From NCBI GenBank assembly GCA_964247055.1, contig OZ176052.1:2170001-2234000 (forward strand): a stretch of DNA of 64,000 nt, in the 5' to 3' direction. Under the pieces are notes generated by a model. That model was not told where the DNA came from and did no database searches. It saw nothing but the letters and a program-made list of their open reading frames with translations. The translations under genes were made by a program, and so were the position numbers. Origin of the DNA: Paragordius varius. Taxonomy: Eukaryota; Animalia; Nematomorpha. Positions 1 to 12,837 of the stretch are shown piece by piece. Numbering within the stretch: the first letter of the stretch is position 1; the number at the start of each line of letters is the position of its first letter.

Positions 1-446
1 TAAATGGCATAGATATGTATATTGTGAAAACTCGTTGTTTGGATATATATATATATATGTCAATTTCAACGATCATTGTATTTTACAGAAAAATAATTTT
101 GGAAAATTTAGACGTAGTATAGAGTAAAGATGAAACATATTTAAAGTTTTATTAGATATACGTAATAAAAAATAAATAAATATACAGTGCCCCATAAAGA
201 TTCAATAATAAAAAAACACTTTTTATATATAGATCCGTAGAAGATAAAAATTTTTTTTATAAAATTAATTAAAAAATTATCTTAAAAAAGTCAGGATACA
301 TTTTAATTATTTTAATACCATTATTCTACATTTTTTATAACTATAAAAATTATATATACAATTCACAATTAAGATTTTGAAATTGCTTATTTATCAATAA
401 AACTATATTGTAGTTTTGCGATATTTTTTTTTAAAAATTTATAAAC

Positions 447-2994
447 CTCTTGTTGATCCGTATATTCAATTCGTAGGAGTTTGGGGTTAGAGGAAGGCCA
501 TTTTTGGTTATTCAAAGCATCATACGCTTTTATGGCAGATTCCATTTCAAGAAACTATTGAGTAATAAATAATTATAGAATCTCAATTATATTTATAAAG
601 TATATCAATGTAATAAAAAACAAATTTTATAGTTTGAGATTTTGATTTTAAACAAAAACAATGTAATAATTAATTATTCCATATATTTAATTTAAACGAT
701 CTAACCTGATCTATAACAGTGAATGATCGTATCAGAAACTTTTAATTAAATGTTTATTATCATTTTGTTTGATATAACCAAATTATTTTTTTGGTTTTTG
801 TAGCAAAAATTAGGATTCACTAAATTATTACAATGTAGATCAGGGGTGTCCAACATAAATGCCCTCGCGTGCTGCACTCATAATATATTATACCATTTAC
901 AGTTCAAATTAACGCTAAAAATACAATTCTAAACTAATTATATATCTTTATGGCATAGTTTATTATTTTTTAAGTATAATTTTTATTTTAAACAAAACTT
1001 TATTCTTTAGAAACTTATTAAAATATAGGTAATTTTATTTTTCCAGAACACATAATTTGAAGGTGAATTCGAATCGCTTAAAGGTGAACTTGAATTGTTC
1101 AAGGATGAATTTGAATTGTAAATGCTATGTATGGGCGTTTATGAATAATTTATTAGATTTCAAACATGAGAATACTGAAACATCTAAACGCAATATAATA
1201 ATTTTTTGTAATTCTTGCCAAATTAATAAAATTGTTTACAAAATATCAATTTGGCAACATTTTGTGACATATTTTTACAAATTATAAATTCCCAAATTTT
1301 TTGGGGGTAGGGGAGCGCGTGTTGAACAACCCCTGATGTAGATTGCTTTAAAATTATTGACAATATCAGTCAAAATAAAACCATTATACTGGTTAATTAA
1401 GTTTTCCAATAGCTAGTTAAATATAAAATATATATTTGAATTTTCAGTTTTAAACCGATAATAATCGTGAATTATTGTATAGATATTTCTCTAACTTTAT
1501 TAGGCCAAAAAAACAAAATTTTTACCTTAACTATACAATGAGATTTTATTTTATCAATCCAAAATCCATCGACCGTATCCTCGAAAGGGCCATACTTTTC
1601 GAATTCCTCTTTCAATTGACGCAGTGTAAATGGTCTTACCTATAATTATAGGAAATAAAAAATATATAAATTGCATAGTTTAATCATTGTAAAAATTTAA
1701 GCCATAATTAAATTTTAGATCAATTCTATATTTGTTTTTCACCGTAACTTTACAGTTATATCATGAATTTTTAAAAAGTTAATATTTAAAAATCATTTTA
1801 TATATATAAATAAATGGTGAATTAATAAAATTAATAAAAAAGCCTTAAAACTACAATTAAAAACGAAAACCTTTATACTATCAAATTTTAAAATATTTAT
1901 ATATAAATATATAAAATATTATTGATAATGTAAATTAAAATGATGTAATACTTTAATTTGCAAATGAAAAATTATATACCAAATTATATATGTGAAGGAT
2001 AGCTGTTTGTGGGGCAGAACGTATTTCAACCTGATCTTTTTCGGAAAGATTCTCATTCGTAACTGTAAGAAGGGTTTAATAAATTAAAAGACAAAAATTA
2101 TTATATAGTTAAATAAAATTCTAAAATCCTAGGCGAAATACTTACTTATAATGCAATTTAAAGTAGCTAATTGTTTTTGACATATTAGCATTTATGTTTT
2201 TTCCGCTCTATGGCTTGTAAATTATGATATTTGGTATTTTCAAAAATTATGGATTTTAGAAGGCCCAGTTTTAAAGAAAATGTTATCAAAATTCAGTTAG
2301 AATTAAAACTAACAAACTAGATTGGCATTACACAAAAGATATGGCAAAAAATACCTAATATCAATAGAAATAGAATCGAAACAAAATTTATATTTACAGT
2401 GAATATGAAATATTAAAAGTTAATTTCAAATTCAAATTGATATATTGGAATCTATATTTTTAATACAAGTTTTTATATTTAAAATCATAAAATAAAGCTA
2501 CCATTATGTATGGTATGAGGTGTAGTTCCTTTAAGGCTAATAACATTATTATTTTGTTGTTGAGTTAAGTTTTCTGTTTTGGTTTGACTGTGGTGGCTTG
2601 TTTTAGACGCCGAGGGCAGTTGTGCGGTATTTGAAACAATATTCTGTCAACATTTTTTTAATCAAAAATTAAATATTTTTAAAAAACCAATAGCTAAAAA
2701 ATTATTTTAACAATCATAGTATAGTGTAGTTTTGGGTTTTTAATTAAATATTTATTAAATAGTCAAATAGATAATAAAAGCGTTGATCTTTAAATCAAAA
2801 AAAGTTGTTGAAAATATCAAAAATTTAATTCATTGTAAAAAAATAATTATATTTATGAATATAAAACTCATTTTCAAAGTTTTAAAATCAATATTTTTTG
2901 TGTTATAGATTTTAACCTTGGGTTCTTCCAAGCTATTGGCTTCATTATCATCGACCCTATATAGGTGGTAAAAATTAAGTTTTGCTTATATAAA

Positions 2995-3037
<43 letters not shown>

Positions 3038-4140
3038 CAATAAATTATCAAGCCAACTATTAATAAAATTAGCCGATTTAAGATAAAAATTTATAATAAA
3101 ATTATTCCATGTATATTATAGAGGTGTTAGGAAAAACTTTTAATCATATGTATATCATTATATAAAATGATGCTATAAAACTTTATTTAATGTAAAAAAA
3201 TGTTATTTCAAATTTGTTATGATATATTTTATTGAGTTATATCAAATTTGATATGGTAACAAAAATTATTTTACATTTGTATTAATGCTAACTCCTTATT
3301 TGTACCTGTAAAAAACCCAATACAATATATAAACTCGAATAAAAAGTAAAACTTAAAAACTACATTGTTTGCAAATCATTAAAGTCATCGGGTTCATCGA
3401 AATGTGGTTGAAATTGTTCTTCCCCAGGTATTTGTTCGTCAAAAAATTTATTTCCAGAAGTAGGAGTTTCTTTTTGATGTGATGGACTATTATTATTTTT
3501 GGATCCTGGTAAAATATCTTGTGTAAAATTTTGCTCATTGGTTTTTTGGTTAACATCTTTTATAGGTGATATATTTGTTGCTATAGTTTGATGATTAGTA
3601 ATAACCATGGTAACAGAATTGTTGAAAGAAAGTTCATCATCTTGAATTTCATTTTCGCTGTGAATTATAACGGCTTTTTCCAAAACATTGGTGGAATGTG
3701 TAACATTTATTGTATTGTCGGAATTAAAAGTTTCTACGATTTCATTATTCTGTAAATGTGTAATAGTTTGAAAAGTTTCATCAATAGATTGGTTTATTTG
3801 AGTATCATTAGATTGTTCTACGTTTAGGATGTTGTTTGACAAAGATTTTTCGACGTTTTCATTTGATTTTTCATTCCCTTCAATAATTTCTTTTTGAATA
3901 TTTAAAGATATATTTTCATCCACTTGATTATAGTTATGGTTAGATATTTGCTCGTTATTTTCTATATTTATATAAAAGACTACCTTCAATCGATTGTGAG
4001 TCGTTCAAACCAATATCTTCACTAGACACATCGGCCTTGTTTTGTTTAGGACGACCTCTTTTTTTCCTGGCTGAAGTAGGGGTATCACCAATATCGCTTT
4101 CATTATAGTTAACAGCATTTGTAGAACGCCGAGTGCGCAT
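447..4140 (-). CDS. ACIN1: Acinus (apoptotic chromatin condensation inducer 1) orthologue, multi-exon, 3' end beyond the window start
   Basis: Hand-spliced minus-strand exons (about 1978-2062, 1527-1640, 447-554) read AILHIYNL|[38 protein letters not shown]|[36 protein letters not shown]. This matches the Acinus RRM signature ([26 protein letters not shown]). Upstream exons 3984-4140 (ATG, KKRGRPK) and 3362-3961 (N/E/S-rich) join in frame. Exon boundaries in the 2480-2950 interval are only partly resolved. Confidence 0.85.
841..1335 (+). mobile_element. hAT-family non-autonomous element (MITE), 495 bp, in an ACIN1 intron
   Basis: Ends CAGGGGTGTCCAAC and GTTGAACAACCCCTG form an imperfect TIR. 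Perfect 8-bp TSD ATGTAGAT at 833-840 and 1336-1343. Confidence 0.9.
2996..3032. repeat. (TA)n microsatellite; similar tracts near 43-56, 9133-9164, 9438-9453, 11271-11291, 24697-24728 and 62197-62223
   Basis: Directly visible TA dinucleotide runs. Confidence 0.9.
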
Positions 4141-4241
4141 TGTATGTAAAATGGCTTAGGTGAATGAATAATCTTTAGTTCAGATGTCAAAATAAAATTA
4201 TCGGGTAAGTGTATATGATCTCTGGTCAATATTTCAATTAA

Positions 4242-4730
4242 CACTTCAATTTAAATGAGGTATCTAAATTCCCCAGACTATATTAATGTTGATATAAAAA
4301 CTACTGAAAAAAACGGTTTCAATTTAATTATGTGCTTCGATCCTGAACTATAAATAAGCTGAAAAATTTAAATAAAGTTTGGTTTTGGAAAAAAAGCTCC
4401 ACATACTACACCCATTTTGATTATACAATTTTCGAAAATATCGTATTTATTTAATTTCAAAGCTAAAATTAAAGATAATAGATAGTACAGAAAAAAAGTT
4501 TTATTTATATTATTTATAAATTTAGCTAATGCATACATGTCATGACTAAATTTTTACTTTTGGGTTGTGTCATAAAATAAATTATCAAGAATTTTTGAAT
4601 GAATTTCTTATATTTCACTATATTTATGTTATACAAGTGCAAACTTTTGTCATGGTTATAAATTCATTCCATTTTTTGAAGTACTTAATAATTAACAGGC
4701 TTGGTGTATCTAATAGCGCCAATTTGAATG
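4242..4730 (-). mobile_element. Diverged copy of the TTAA piggyBac-like MITE family
   Basis: Starts TTAA|CACTTCAATTTAAATGAGGTATCTAAAT and follows the reverse complement of the 14715-15290 copy with many substitutions. Right boundary is approximate. Confidence 0.6.
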
Positions 4731-5359
4731 ATTTAAAAAAATTGTTGTATAATGTTAAATAGATTTAAAGAATATAAATATATTTTTAAATAGATATTAT
4801 CAAACACATTGATTAAATATTTACAAATCGCTATATTTGATATTTTTGTAGACGATAAATATTGGGGTAGATTTAACTTAGCACATCTATTCAAATTAAA
4901 GCATATAGTGATGAAAGTCTATATTCTACTTAATATATTTTTTTAAATCTACTGAAAAAGGTTGCAATTTAAATCTATGCTTCTATACTAATTATTTATA
5001 TAAAAATAACAGATAACGTTATATCAATCTATTTAACGCCATCCATATTATACCGCCTTTTTGCAAAATATTGTGTTTATTTGATCACGATTTTAATCTA
5101 TAAAAATTATATTACGCCAAAATATTTACTCGCCATACATCAGTGTGGCTCCGATATAATTACTTGGTGTTTTACACAATGCGGGGAGTTTCTCACAACA
5201 TAATGTACAAAACATTGTGATTTTCTATTGTACAGTTAAATCTTACTATTTAAAAAAATTTTTCTATCAAAGCTCAAAATTTGTATAACCAATTATTTTG
5301 CATTTAAAACTAGAAATTAATAAAAACCCGAGGAAATACCAATCAATTTAAAATTTAAA

Positions 5360-5865
5360 CACTCTGATACAACACATTCATTTATGTCCTTCGATTCACA
5401 TTGGTATAGTTTGGTACCTCAGGCTTGTTTATTATATACTTCAAATATGGAATGAATTGAAACCATGGACGTTTGCCTTATTACAACATTCAAAAAATAA
5501 AATATAAAATTTTTTTTTCCAAAATCCTTGATAATACTTATTTTAGGTAAAACCTAAATAGAAGAATTGAAAAATAATACAAAATAAACCACATTTTCTA
5601 ATTCTATCAATGTTAGATGTGATTTAAATAAAATTATAATTTTACCTTAAAATTAAATAAACCCGTTATTCAAATGTTCTAAAATAAAAACGGCGCCCAC
5701 GTAGTATGATATAAAACTTTTTTCCAAAACTAAATATTTAGATATTTCGGCTCATTCATATAATATAGAAGCATAAATTTAAATTAGGACCGTTTCTTTC
5801 AGTAGTTTTTTTAGAAAATCAACTTAAATCTGGGGTATGTAGATACCTTAATTTAAAACGAAGTT
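5360..5865 (+). mobile_element. Diverged copy of the TTAA piggyBac-like MITE family
   Basis: CACTCTGATACAACACATTCATTTATGTCCTTCGATTCACATTGG...GGGGTATGTAGATACCTTAATTTAAAACGAAGT, collinear with 14715-15290. Confidence 0.7.
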
Positions 5866-7629
5866 TTAAACATTATCTTCAGTGGCGAGTTATAATAAAT
5901 ACCTTAATATTCGGCAAGACACCTTAACTTTATTGAATAATTAGAAATGGATTTAAAAAGTAAAATCTCAAGGGCAATTAGTTTTATGAAATAACATATT
6001 TATGATAATTTCCTAATGTGTTGTTTTTAGTTTAAGGTTTATATTCAAATAATATAATTTTTCAATCTCACTAGCATTTTTTAACATGGGTTCAATATAA
6101 ATAGTATTGACATATTAATTTAAATTATTCGCATACGCAAACTTTATTGGTATTTTAATGTGCGTTAATCATAGCCTTGTTTATAATTTATGACCCAAAA
6201 AATATTCTTTATAAATAAATTTTGGTCTCTTCTCAATTGTAATTATTTTTTGCGCAAAATTGATTGATTTCATAGTTGTTTATAATCAGTGGATGTTTTG
6301 AGAGAGTTTGCCATGCGTTGCGGTCCGTTGCAATGGCTAACATTGATTGTTAAATTATATTATTGCGTTTTAATTATTGATTAAGGTATCACATAGGTAG
6401 TATGCTTAGTAATCTTTTCACGTCGATTATTAAATGTATGGATGATTAAAAAAGCTCATTTAGTAAGATGTGACCTAAGAAAAACAACATTGGTATTACC
6501 GCAAAAAACTATTATGGACCACGCTCATTAACACCGAACTTATGAAAAAAATGAAATACGCTTTATAGGATATAAATATATATGCGGCTAAAAGGTCTTT
6601 GATGGTATACGATTGTAGGTATTTATTTATTGACACTGTGTCTTAAATACATAATGGGTGTAGGGTTACACAATCTTCGGCTACCTGCCAACCAAGCATT
6701 CCCTCATTCGTAAAGCACTGCATCAGAGCGAGCAGTTATTAAGTTCGGTTGATTCTAGTAGTTAGATACATAGGTATATGCCATTATGTCAGGTTTGTTA
6801 TTGTAAATAACAAGGTTACAAAGGCCAATAGAAAATAAAAATTTCCATATTACCAGGTCTATTTATAACTTAATACCAGTTTAACTAAGAGAAAACATCA
6901 GGAAAAAGTATGCAGACGATTAATTTGATATATATTCCATTTTGTTTATCTCAAGTTAAACGACAAACACACACAAATTAAGTCCACCAAAAACTTGCGA
7001 CTTATTTTTATCAGCAGGTCAAATTTTGTGTCTGAAAAGAATCATCAGCACACATTGTGATCAGAATGCCGTAAAAAATTGTCGTTTGCAGATTGAGATG
7101 ATCTATCATCACATGTGAAACATGGTTTTCGAAGTATTCAAAGTTGGGATTTCATATGGAAGAACTTAATAACAAAAACATTACATATATCGCAAAAAAC
7201 AATCAATAGATATCTACGGGCAAAAAAATGAACCTAACGAAATCGGATCAAATTGATTATTTATAGCATTTATCGTGAATATCCCTTTTAAAAATCGTTC
7301 CCATATCAAAAAAATTATAATTGAGATAAAAATTACGATTTTCCCAACCCTTTTATACAATAATTTTAAGTAAAGGGTTAGTTGTTAGTCTATTTTTTCC
7401 TCCACACTTCTTTTACTTTTTTGATGAATATGATATGGTTAATACCATAGAGCTCTTGTTTTTCCATTCTTTACCAAATATTTATACCCCCAAAAAAAGT
7501 AAATTTTTGATAAAATAAAGTATAAATGACTGTAAGATAACCTATAGGCATCCTCGTGAATACAGTATATAAAATCAAAATGTTGCTCTGTCATGCCTCC
7601 AGGCCTTTGAAGATGAAGTTCTTCATGCA

Positions 7630-8760
7630 ATCAGTGGGTTCCGGTGTGAAAGAGGAACAAAGAGGCTTTTGTATTTGACCTTTATCAAGATAAGTCAGCG
7701 CCACACAGACCCTCTACACATGGGATTCGTCGACATAACTAAGGCTTTCATAAGCTGGAAGAAACTACGTAATGCGTTTGCTGAAGAAAGTTGGCATAAA
7801 AAGTTATGTGCTCCCTCTCATTGTTCGAATTGTCGTCGGGTGTGGTTAAAGCAACAACCTGCATATACTCAAAAAGCCTATGTGGCTTTAGTTTTTTCTA
7901 AAATGGCGATCTCGATAGTTAATAAGTTAAATATCCTGCATTATCCAATGTCTTTCTCCAAGTACTTTTATATGCAATGACCTCTGTGATCAACTAAATA
8001 AACTTAAGGCAAGCACTCGGTCGGCTGATGTCAACTTGTGGCTAGTGGTTTGATGTATTAATTAGCTAATAACGAAGTTATGATAGATCCAGCTGATACT
8101 AAAAAGCTCAAAACTACTGGGAAGTTGTGGATGCCTTTCGTACTTTAGGATTATGGTAGATAAAAGCGGGTGAATTACATCTTTAATCAAATTGAATTCT
8201 GCAAAGCTAGTTTTCGATGGTCTACATTGTTTGAGGCGACAGGAGGTTGGCCATTGAAATTAAAGATATATAAAAGTTTGATCCTTCCTAGATGTATGGT
8301 TTATTGGTATGACTAACCTATAAAGCATACTAGCAAGGCCTAGGTTTTCTTCAACAAATTATTGCCTGTCAACACTGGTGATACCTTCTTGATGAAAACA
8401 CACAATGCCAGCTCGCCACCTAAAAGCTCTACTTAAAACGGATACCCCGCCTCTCGTGCTGTGAATACCTTGGTCAAGTTCTAACGTGGTGGCATTTACG
8501 CCATAATTAAATGCCCGCTTTCTTAATCAGCTCTATAATGGAAACGTGATCAGCCTGGAAATATAAGAAGTCATGACTTGGGCGCATGTGTATTCCTTAC
8601 AGCCTGTTGGCCTTGCAGATACTGATTTTTTGACTTGATGAATGGTAATTAGTTAACTTTAGGCCAGCAAATTAAGAAGAAACGGCTACATCAGACGAAA
8701 CGACAGCGTCGCGAGCGCTCCCTTTAGAAACTAACTGCAAGGAAGGTCGATTTCGTAGAG
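7630..8760 (+). mobile_element. Degenerate RTE-clade non-LTR retrotransposon (RT pseudogene)
   Basis: Frameshifted RT motifs in the expected order: GFRCERGT, PLHMGFVDITKAF, VVDAF..LG, KLKIYKSLILP, MPARHLKALL, KRQRRER. GC content is elevated over the flanks and there are many stops. Boundaries are approximate. Confidence 0.65.
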
Positions 8761-9129
8761 GACAGTTTGTGGTTGTCAAATATTATACTTGTTAGGATTT
8801 TATTTAGCATCAATCTTTATAGTTGCGTTTTACTAAATGTATTCGTTAGAAGCACCGAAAATAGAAGTGGCCCCTGCCCTGAAACAAGTAAAAGCATAGG
8901 AAGGCGATAAGGGTCGTCTTGTGTGGAGAGTCAAACCTTTTGAGGCTACCTAAATAACAAAAATCCTAAGAAAGAGTGTGGATATTAGGAATCCATCCAA
9001 ATTTGAAAATGTTAATACGATGTGACCAGATATTTGGAACTTTGACGCAGTACAAAATTAAAACATACACTGCCTGTTTTTACATCATCGGTGTGGTATA
9101 TTAAACAATTTCCACCAAAAATATCCAGA

Positions 9130-9168
<39 letters not shown>

Positions 9169-9374
9169 GAAAATATCAGGATTATTGGTGTTGGTTTAAA
9201 TTTTTAGATGTGGGCTTAAAAGTCTCAATTTTAGTTCTTTTAAAATGAGCTGTTCTCTTAAAATAAACGCAAAAATTCCAACATTATGCAATAATTTTAT
9301 CTATATGCTAAATTTTGATATTGACTAAATATATTTTTAAAAAAATGCATACTTTCAAAATTTAATTAGCAAAA

Positions 9375-9695
9375 TTTTGTTGAAGCGTACTTCATACTAT
9401 TTTGAGCATGATATAAACGGTTGAGATGTTTACCATTTATATATATATATATACTCCGATAATATTAAACATTTTTCTCACTCAGAATTTGATTAAAATA
9501 TTAGTTCGTTTTCAAATTTATAATAAATAATAATTGTGTTTTTTTACAATTCCCCAAAAATTGCAAGCAAACAAACACCATAAATAAAAATTCTTAACTA
9601 ATTAAACATCATTGAATTTTGGAAAATGGTTTTATTATATAAAGCGTTATACCGTTTCCATCATGCATAATAGTTTGAAGTACGCTTCAACAAAA
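9375..9695. mobile_element. MITE-like element with an imperfect TIR of about 50 bp
   Basis: TTTTGTTGAAGCGTACTTCATACTATT...GCATGATATAAACGG versus CCGTTTCCATCATGCATAATAGTTTGAAGTACGCTTCAACAAAA. No clear TSD, superfamily unassigned. Confidence 0.6.
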
Positions 9696-11479
9696 TATCT
9701 TAAGTTTGTTAAAAAAATAAGAAATCTAATAAAAATTAAAGTTTAGGAAAAAAATTAAGAAATATCATACCTTCCATTTAATGAGTATAGAAAACGTAAA
9801 AAACTCTCAATTTTTTAAACGAAAAAAAGGTTATTTCGAAATCATATACCATAACAAAAAATGAACTTTCTAAAATCTGATCAAAAATTTATTAAAATAT
9901 CATGAATTAATTTTTTAATTTTAAATTTTGAGGCACCCCTTTTTACGGAAGAGTGAAAGAGCCATGAATCTTACGGTGTGGAGTGATAAATTTTTTTTTA
10001 CTTGACATGCAAGAAGTCATGGCTTGCTTTCATGTGATAAAAAAATTAACATTAGAACTTCATTCGGAAGTAATTAAAAATCATATGATTAAGTAAAACT
10101 TAAAGATATTGCAAGTGTGGTTTAGGGCATACTTGACAGATTTAAAAATATGGATATTTTTTTTGGAAACTATTCATAAATATAATTTAGGTTTTATATG
10201 TAATTGAAACCTATGTTAATGCTATAAAATGTTTATTAGATAATTTTTGTAATTAACCTAATAAAATGGGGTGGATATAAAAGAGGATAATTTTTAAAAC
10301 TGCTAATATTTAAAAACAATTCATATAAATATGCTAAACTTATCCTTTCCGTGAACCGGCAAAAAAATTTGATTCTCGAAAATATCTTAAATGAATAATT
10401 AAATAATCTTGTTTAAAATTTTCAAATCTTCGTTTAACATAAAATAATAAATAAAGGTTACTTACTATTAACCAATGTAAAGAATTCATAAATTTATTTA
10501 ATGTAATGTTTATAATCAATTATAAATAATTATGTTATATTGTATAAACATCTTCCCATTATATTTGCAAATGGATTTCTAAACAAAATGTAGTGTGATA
10601 AAGAAAAGGAAAGTGTTTTAAGGGCGAATGGTTTCATCAATCTAAAAGTTATTACCAGGCTCAATATTTAAAAAATTCTTAATATTAAATAAGATACTTG
10701 CCAGTGAGTTTGAAAAGCGTCAATAAATGAATATTGTATTAATTGTTTATCTTTTTGTGTCATATTTCATAAATTTTGGCTGAAAATGATCAAAATAATT
10801 TCTGTAAAATTCGAATTGGGTGGCAAAAAAACGTTACACTCATAAGCAAACTTGACTTAAATGTTTTTTTATCACCGATCTTCAAGTGCTCAACTTGCCA
10901 CGCTTGACTCACGAGTCTAGCTTTTTTTATCACCCCACCCTTTTTTACCGCTAATTGAATCATTTTTCACTAATTAGGGTTATCAGAGGGTACTATATTA
11001 AATTCAAAAATATTTTTGAATAAATAAATGGTAATTAATATATATAAAAAAATTAATTTTATCCTTAGGCGCGTAAAAGCGTAGGAAGGCGGTAAGGGTC
11101 GTCCTGTGCGGACAGTAGCGGTAAGAAGCAAACCTGTCACACCCTTTTCTGGATACCTGGATAAATTTCAAAAAGCAGTACAAAAGTGGGCGAATTACAG
11201 GCGCAGTTTTTCTAAAAACTTAGTACTGGGTCACATAATACGTTACCAGACGCATGATTGATCATTTTAGTATATATATATATATATATATACCATATTA
11301 ACTATACAATGAATCTTCGGAAACCTTAAAAATACCCTGACTCATGAAAATGGTCCTAGATTATTATGAGGATTCATGTCGTCCTAAGCCAAATTTAATA
11401 GCTAATTTCACTGGTTGCTCATAAATGATTATGTTTTATAATTTTAATATATAATTTAAAATATTTAATAGTATCTGCA

Positions 11480-11599
11480 TATTACGACCATATCACGTTG
11501 AAAGCACCGGTTCCCTTCCGAACACCGAAGTTAAGCAACGTTGAGCCCGGTTAGTACTTGGATGGGTGACTGCCTGGGAATCCCGGGTGTCGTAATTTT
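11480..11599 (+). rRNA. 5S rRNA: 5S rRNA gene, single copy in the window
   Basis: ATTACGACCATATCACGTTGAAAGCACCGG...CCGAAGTTAAGCAACGT...GTTAGTACTTGGATGGGTGACTGCCTGGGAATCCCGGGTGTCGTAAT. Helix I (ATTACGAC/GTCGTAAT) pairs and the box A and box C regions are recognisable. Confidence 0.95.
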
Positions 11600-11602
11600 T
11601 TT
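11596..11602 (+). terminator. RNA polymerase III oligo-dT terminator of the 5S gene
   Basis: Run of 7 T immediately after helix I. Confidence 0.8.
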
Positions 11603-12196
11603 ATTTTTTATTATTTTTCTCATGCACAAACTTTGAAACGTTTTAGACAAAATTATCAATTTACTATGAAAATCACGACAGCCTTATAAATCTTCTTCTA
11701 CCCTTAATTTTTTTTTTAATTTACTTATTTGCAACATAATTATCTACAAGTATGTTAACGCTGAGATTTTTTATTTAATATTATATGGGGCTCATGAGAC
11801 AAGGTAAATTTTTTGGCGGCTTTTAAATTTTTGTGAATACCAGACTTATGTAAACCTTTTTTTAAAAAAATATATATTTTTAACCAAATATAATATAGTA
11901 TAGAATTGATTTTGTGGCTTATTTGTTTAAGTATTCCAGCTTTTCGATTTTGCCACAATAAGAAAATCAAACCCAAGTTAGAACCCACAAAAAACAATAG
12001 ACCGTATTTTTTGGAAAAAAACTGGAAGAAGAATATAAAAAATTTTGGACGTTCCTTGATATATGTATTCTAACTTTATTTGTAAATTTTAAAATAAATC
12101 AATAAAAGCGAATCTTATAAATGAACAATTATTTTTGATCCATATATCATTATTAACATTTCCTTACCTTTTTACTTTTTTTCGTATTTTACTTTG

Positions 12197-12592
12197 AGGT
12201 AGTTTTGTAGAGCTCAAATTTGTAAATAAACTAGAGTTTTGGAAGTTATTTTAGTTAAAATTTAATTAAACATTATTCTTATGTATTAGATTAAAAAACT
12301 TATATTTTTTTACAGTTTTGTGACTCCTAGAATCTAAAATTGGGAAGACTCCAATTTACGATTGAAACGAACAGCTGATATCAAAATTAATATATCAAGC
12401 TTTTTATGGTAAAATGTAGTATGAAAGCTTCTTAAAGTTAATTATTTACATTTTTTAACCATAATATACATTTATTTGCATGTTGTAATAGCGATTTTAA
12501 AAAATATATAGAAAAAATAGCGACAAAAAGTTTAAAATGGGGATTTTTTTTATTTTACTTTTTTTATAAAAAAAATTTTGTATAGTGCGCCT
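12197..12592 (+). repeat. Dispersed repeat (probable old DNA-transposon fragment); homologues at about 27800-28172 and, partially, about 32588-32640
   Basis: Collinear similarity, e.g. TACAGTTTTGTGACTCCTAGAATCTAAAAT vs TACAGTTTTGTGACTTCTAGAGTCTAAAAT and TTATTTACATTTTTTAACCATAATATA vs TTATTTACATTTTCTAACCATAATATA. Both long copies end near GCGCCT. Confidence 0.65.
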
Positions 12593-12837
12593 AAAAGGCT
12601 AAAGAAAGCATATTTTTAAATTCGGCTTAATATAATGTGACCAGATATTAATAACCCTGGCGCAGTACAAAATTAAATAACCGGATTTTCGGTGTTTTAT
12701 AATAAATGATATTGTTCGTTACTATTTATAAGCTCATTAGAAACAATTGAAATGTCCAACAATAAAATCATTAAAAATTTAATATAAATGTATGTACATA
12801 TAATATCATATGTTATATATATGGATATATAATAATA

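Noticed and set aside
1057-1287. 76-aa ORF with an internal 21-bp repeat (related sequence at about 28655-28700)
   Set aside because: Lies wholly within the hAT MITE and has no recognisable protein motif.
6900-7200. Possible decayed Cys-rich piggyBac transposase C-terminus
   Set aside because: Could not recover a consistent CxxC pattern in any frame.
11040-11480. Spliced-leader or snRNA gene linked to the 5S gene
   Set aside because: No recognisable leader/donor plus Sm-site arrangement.
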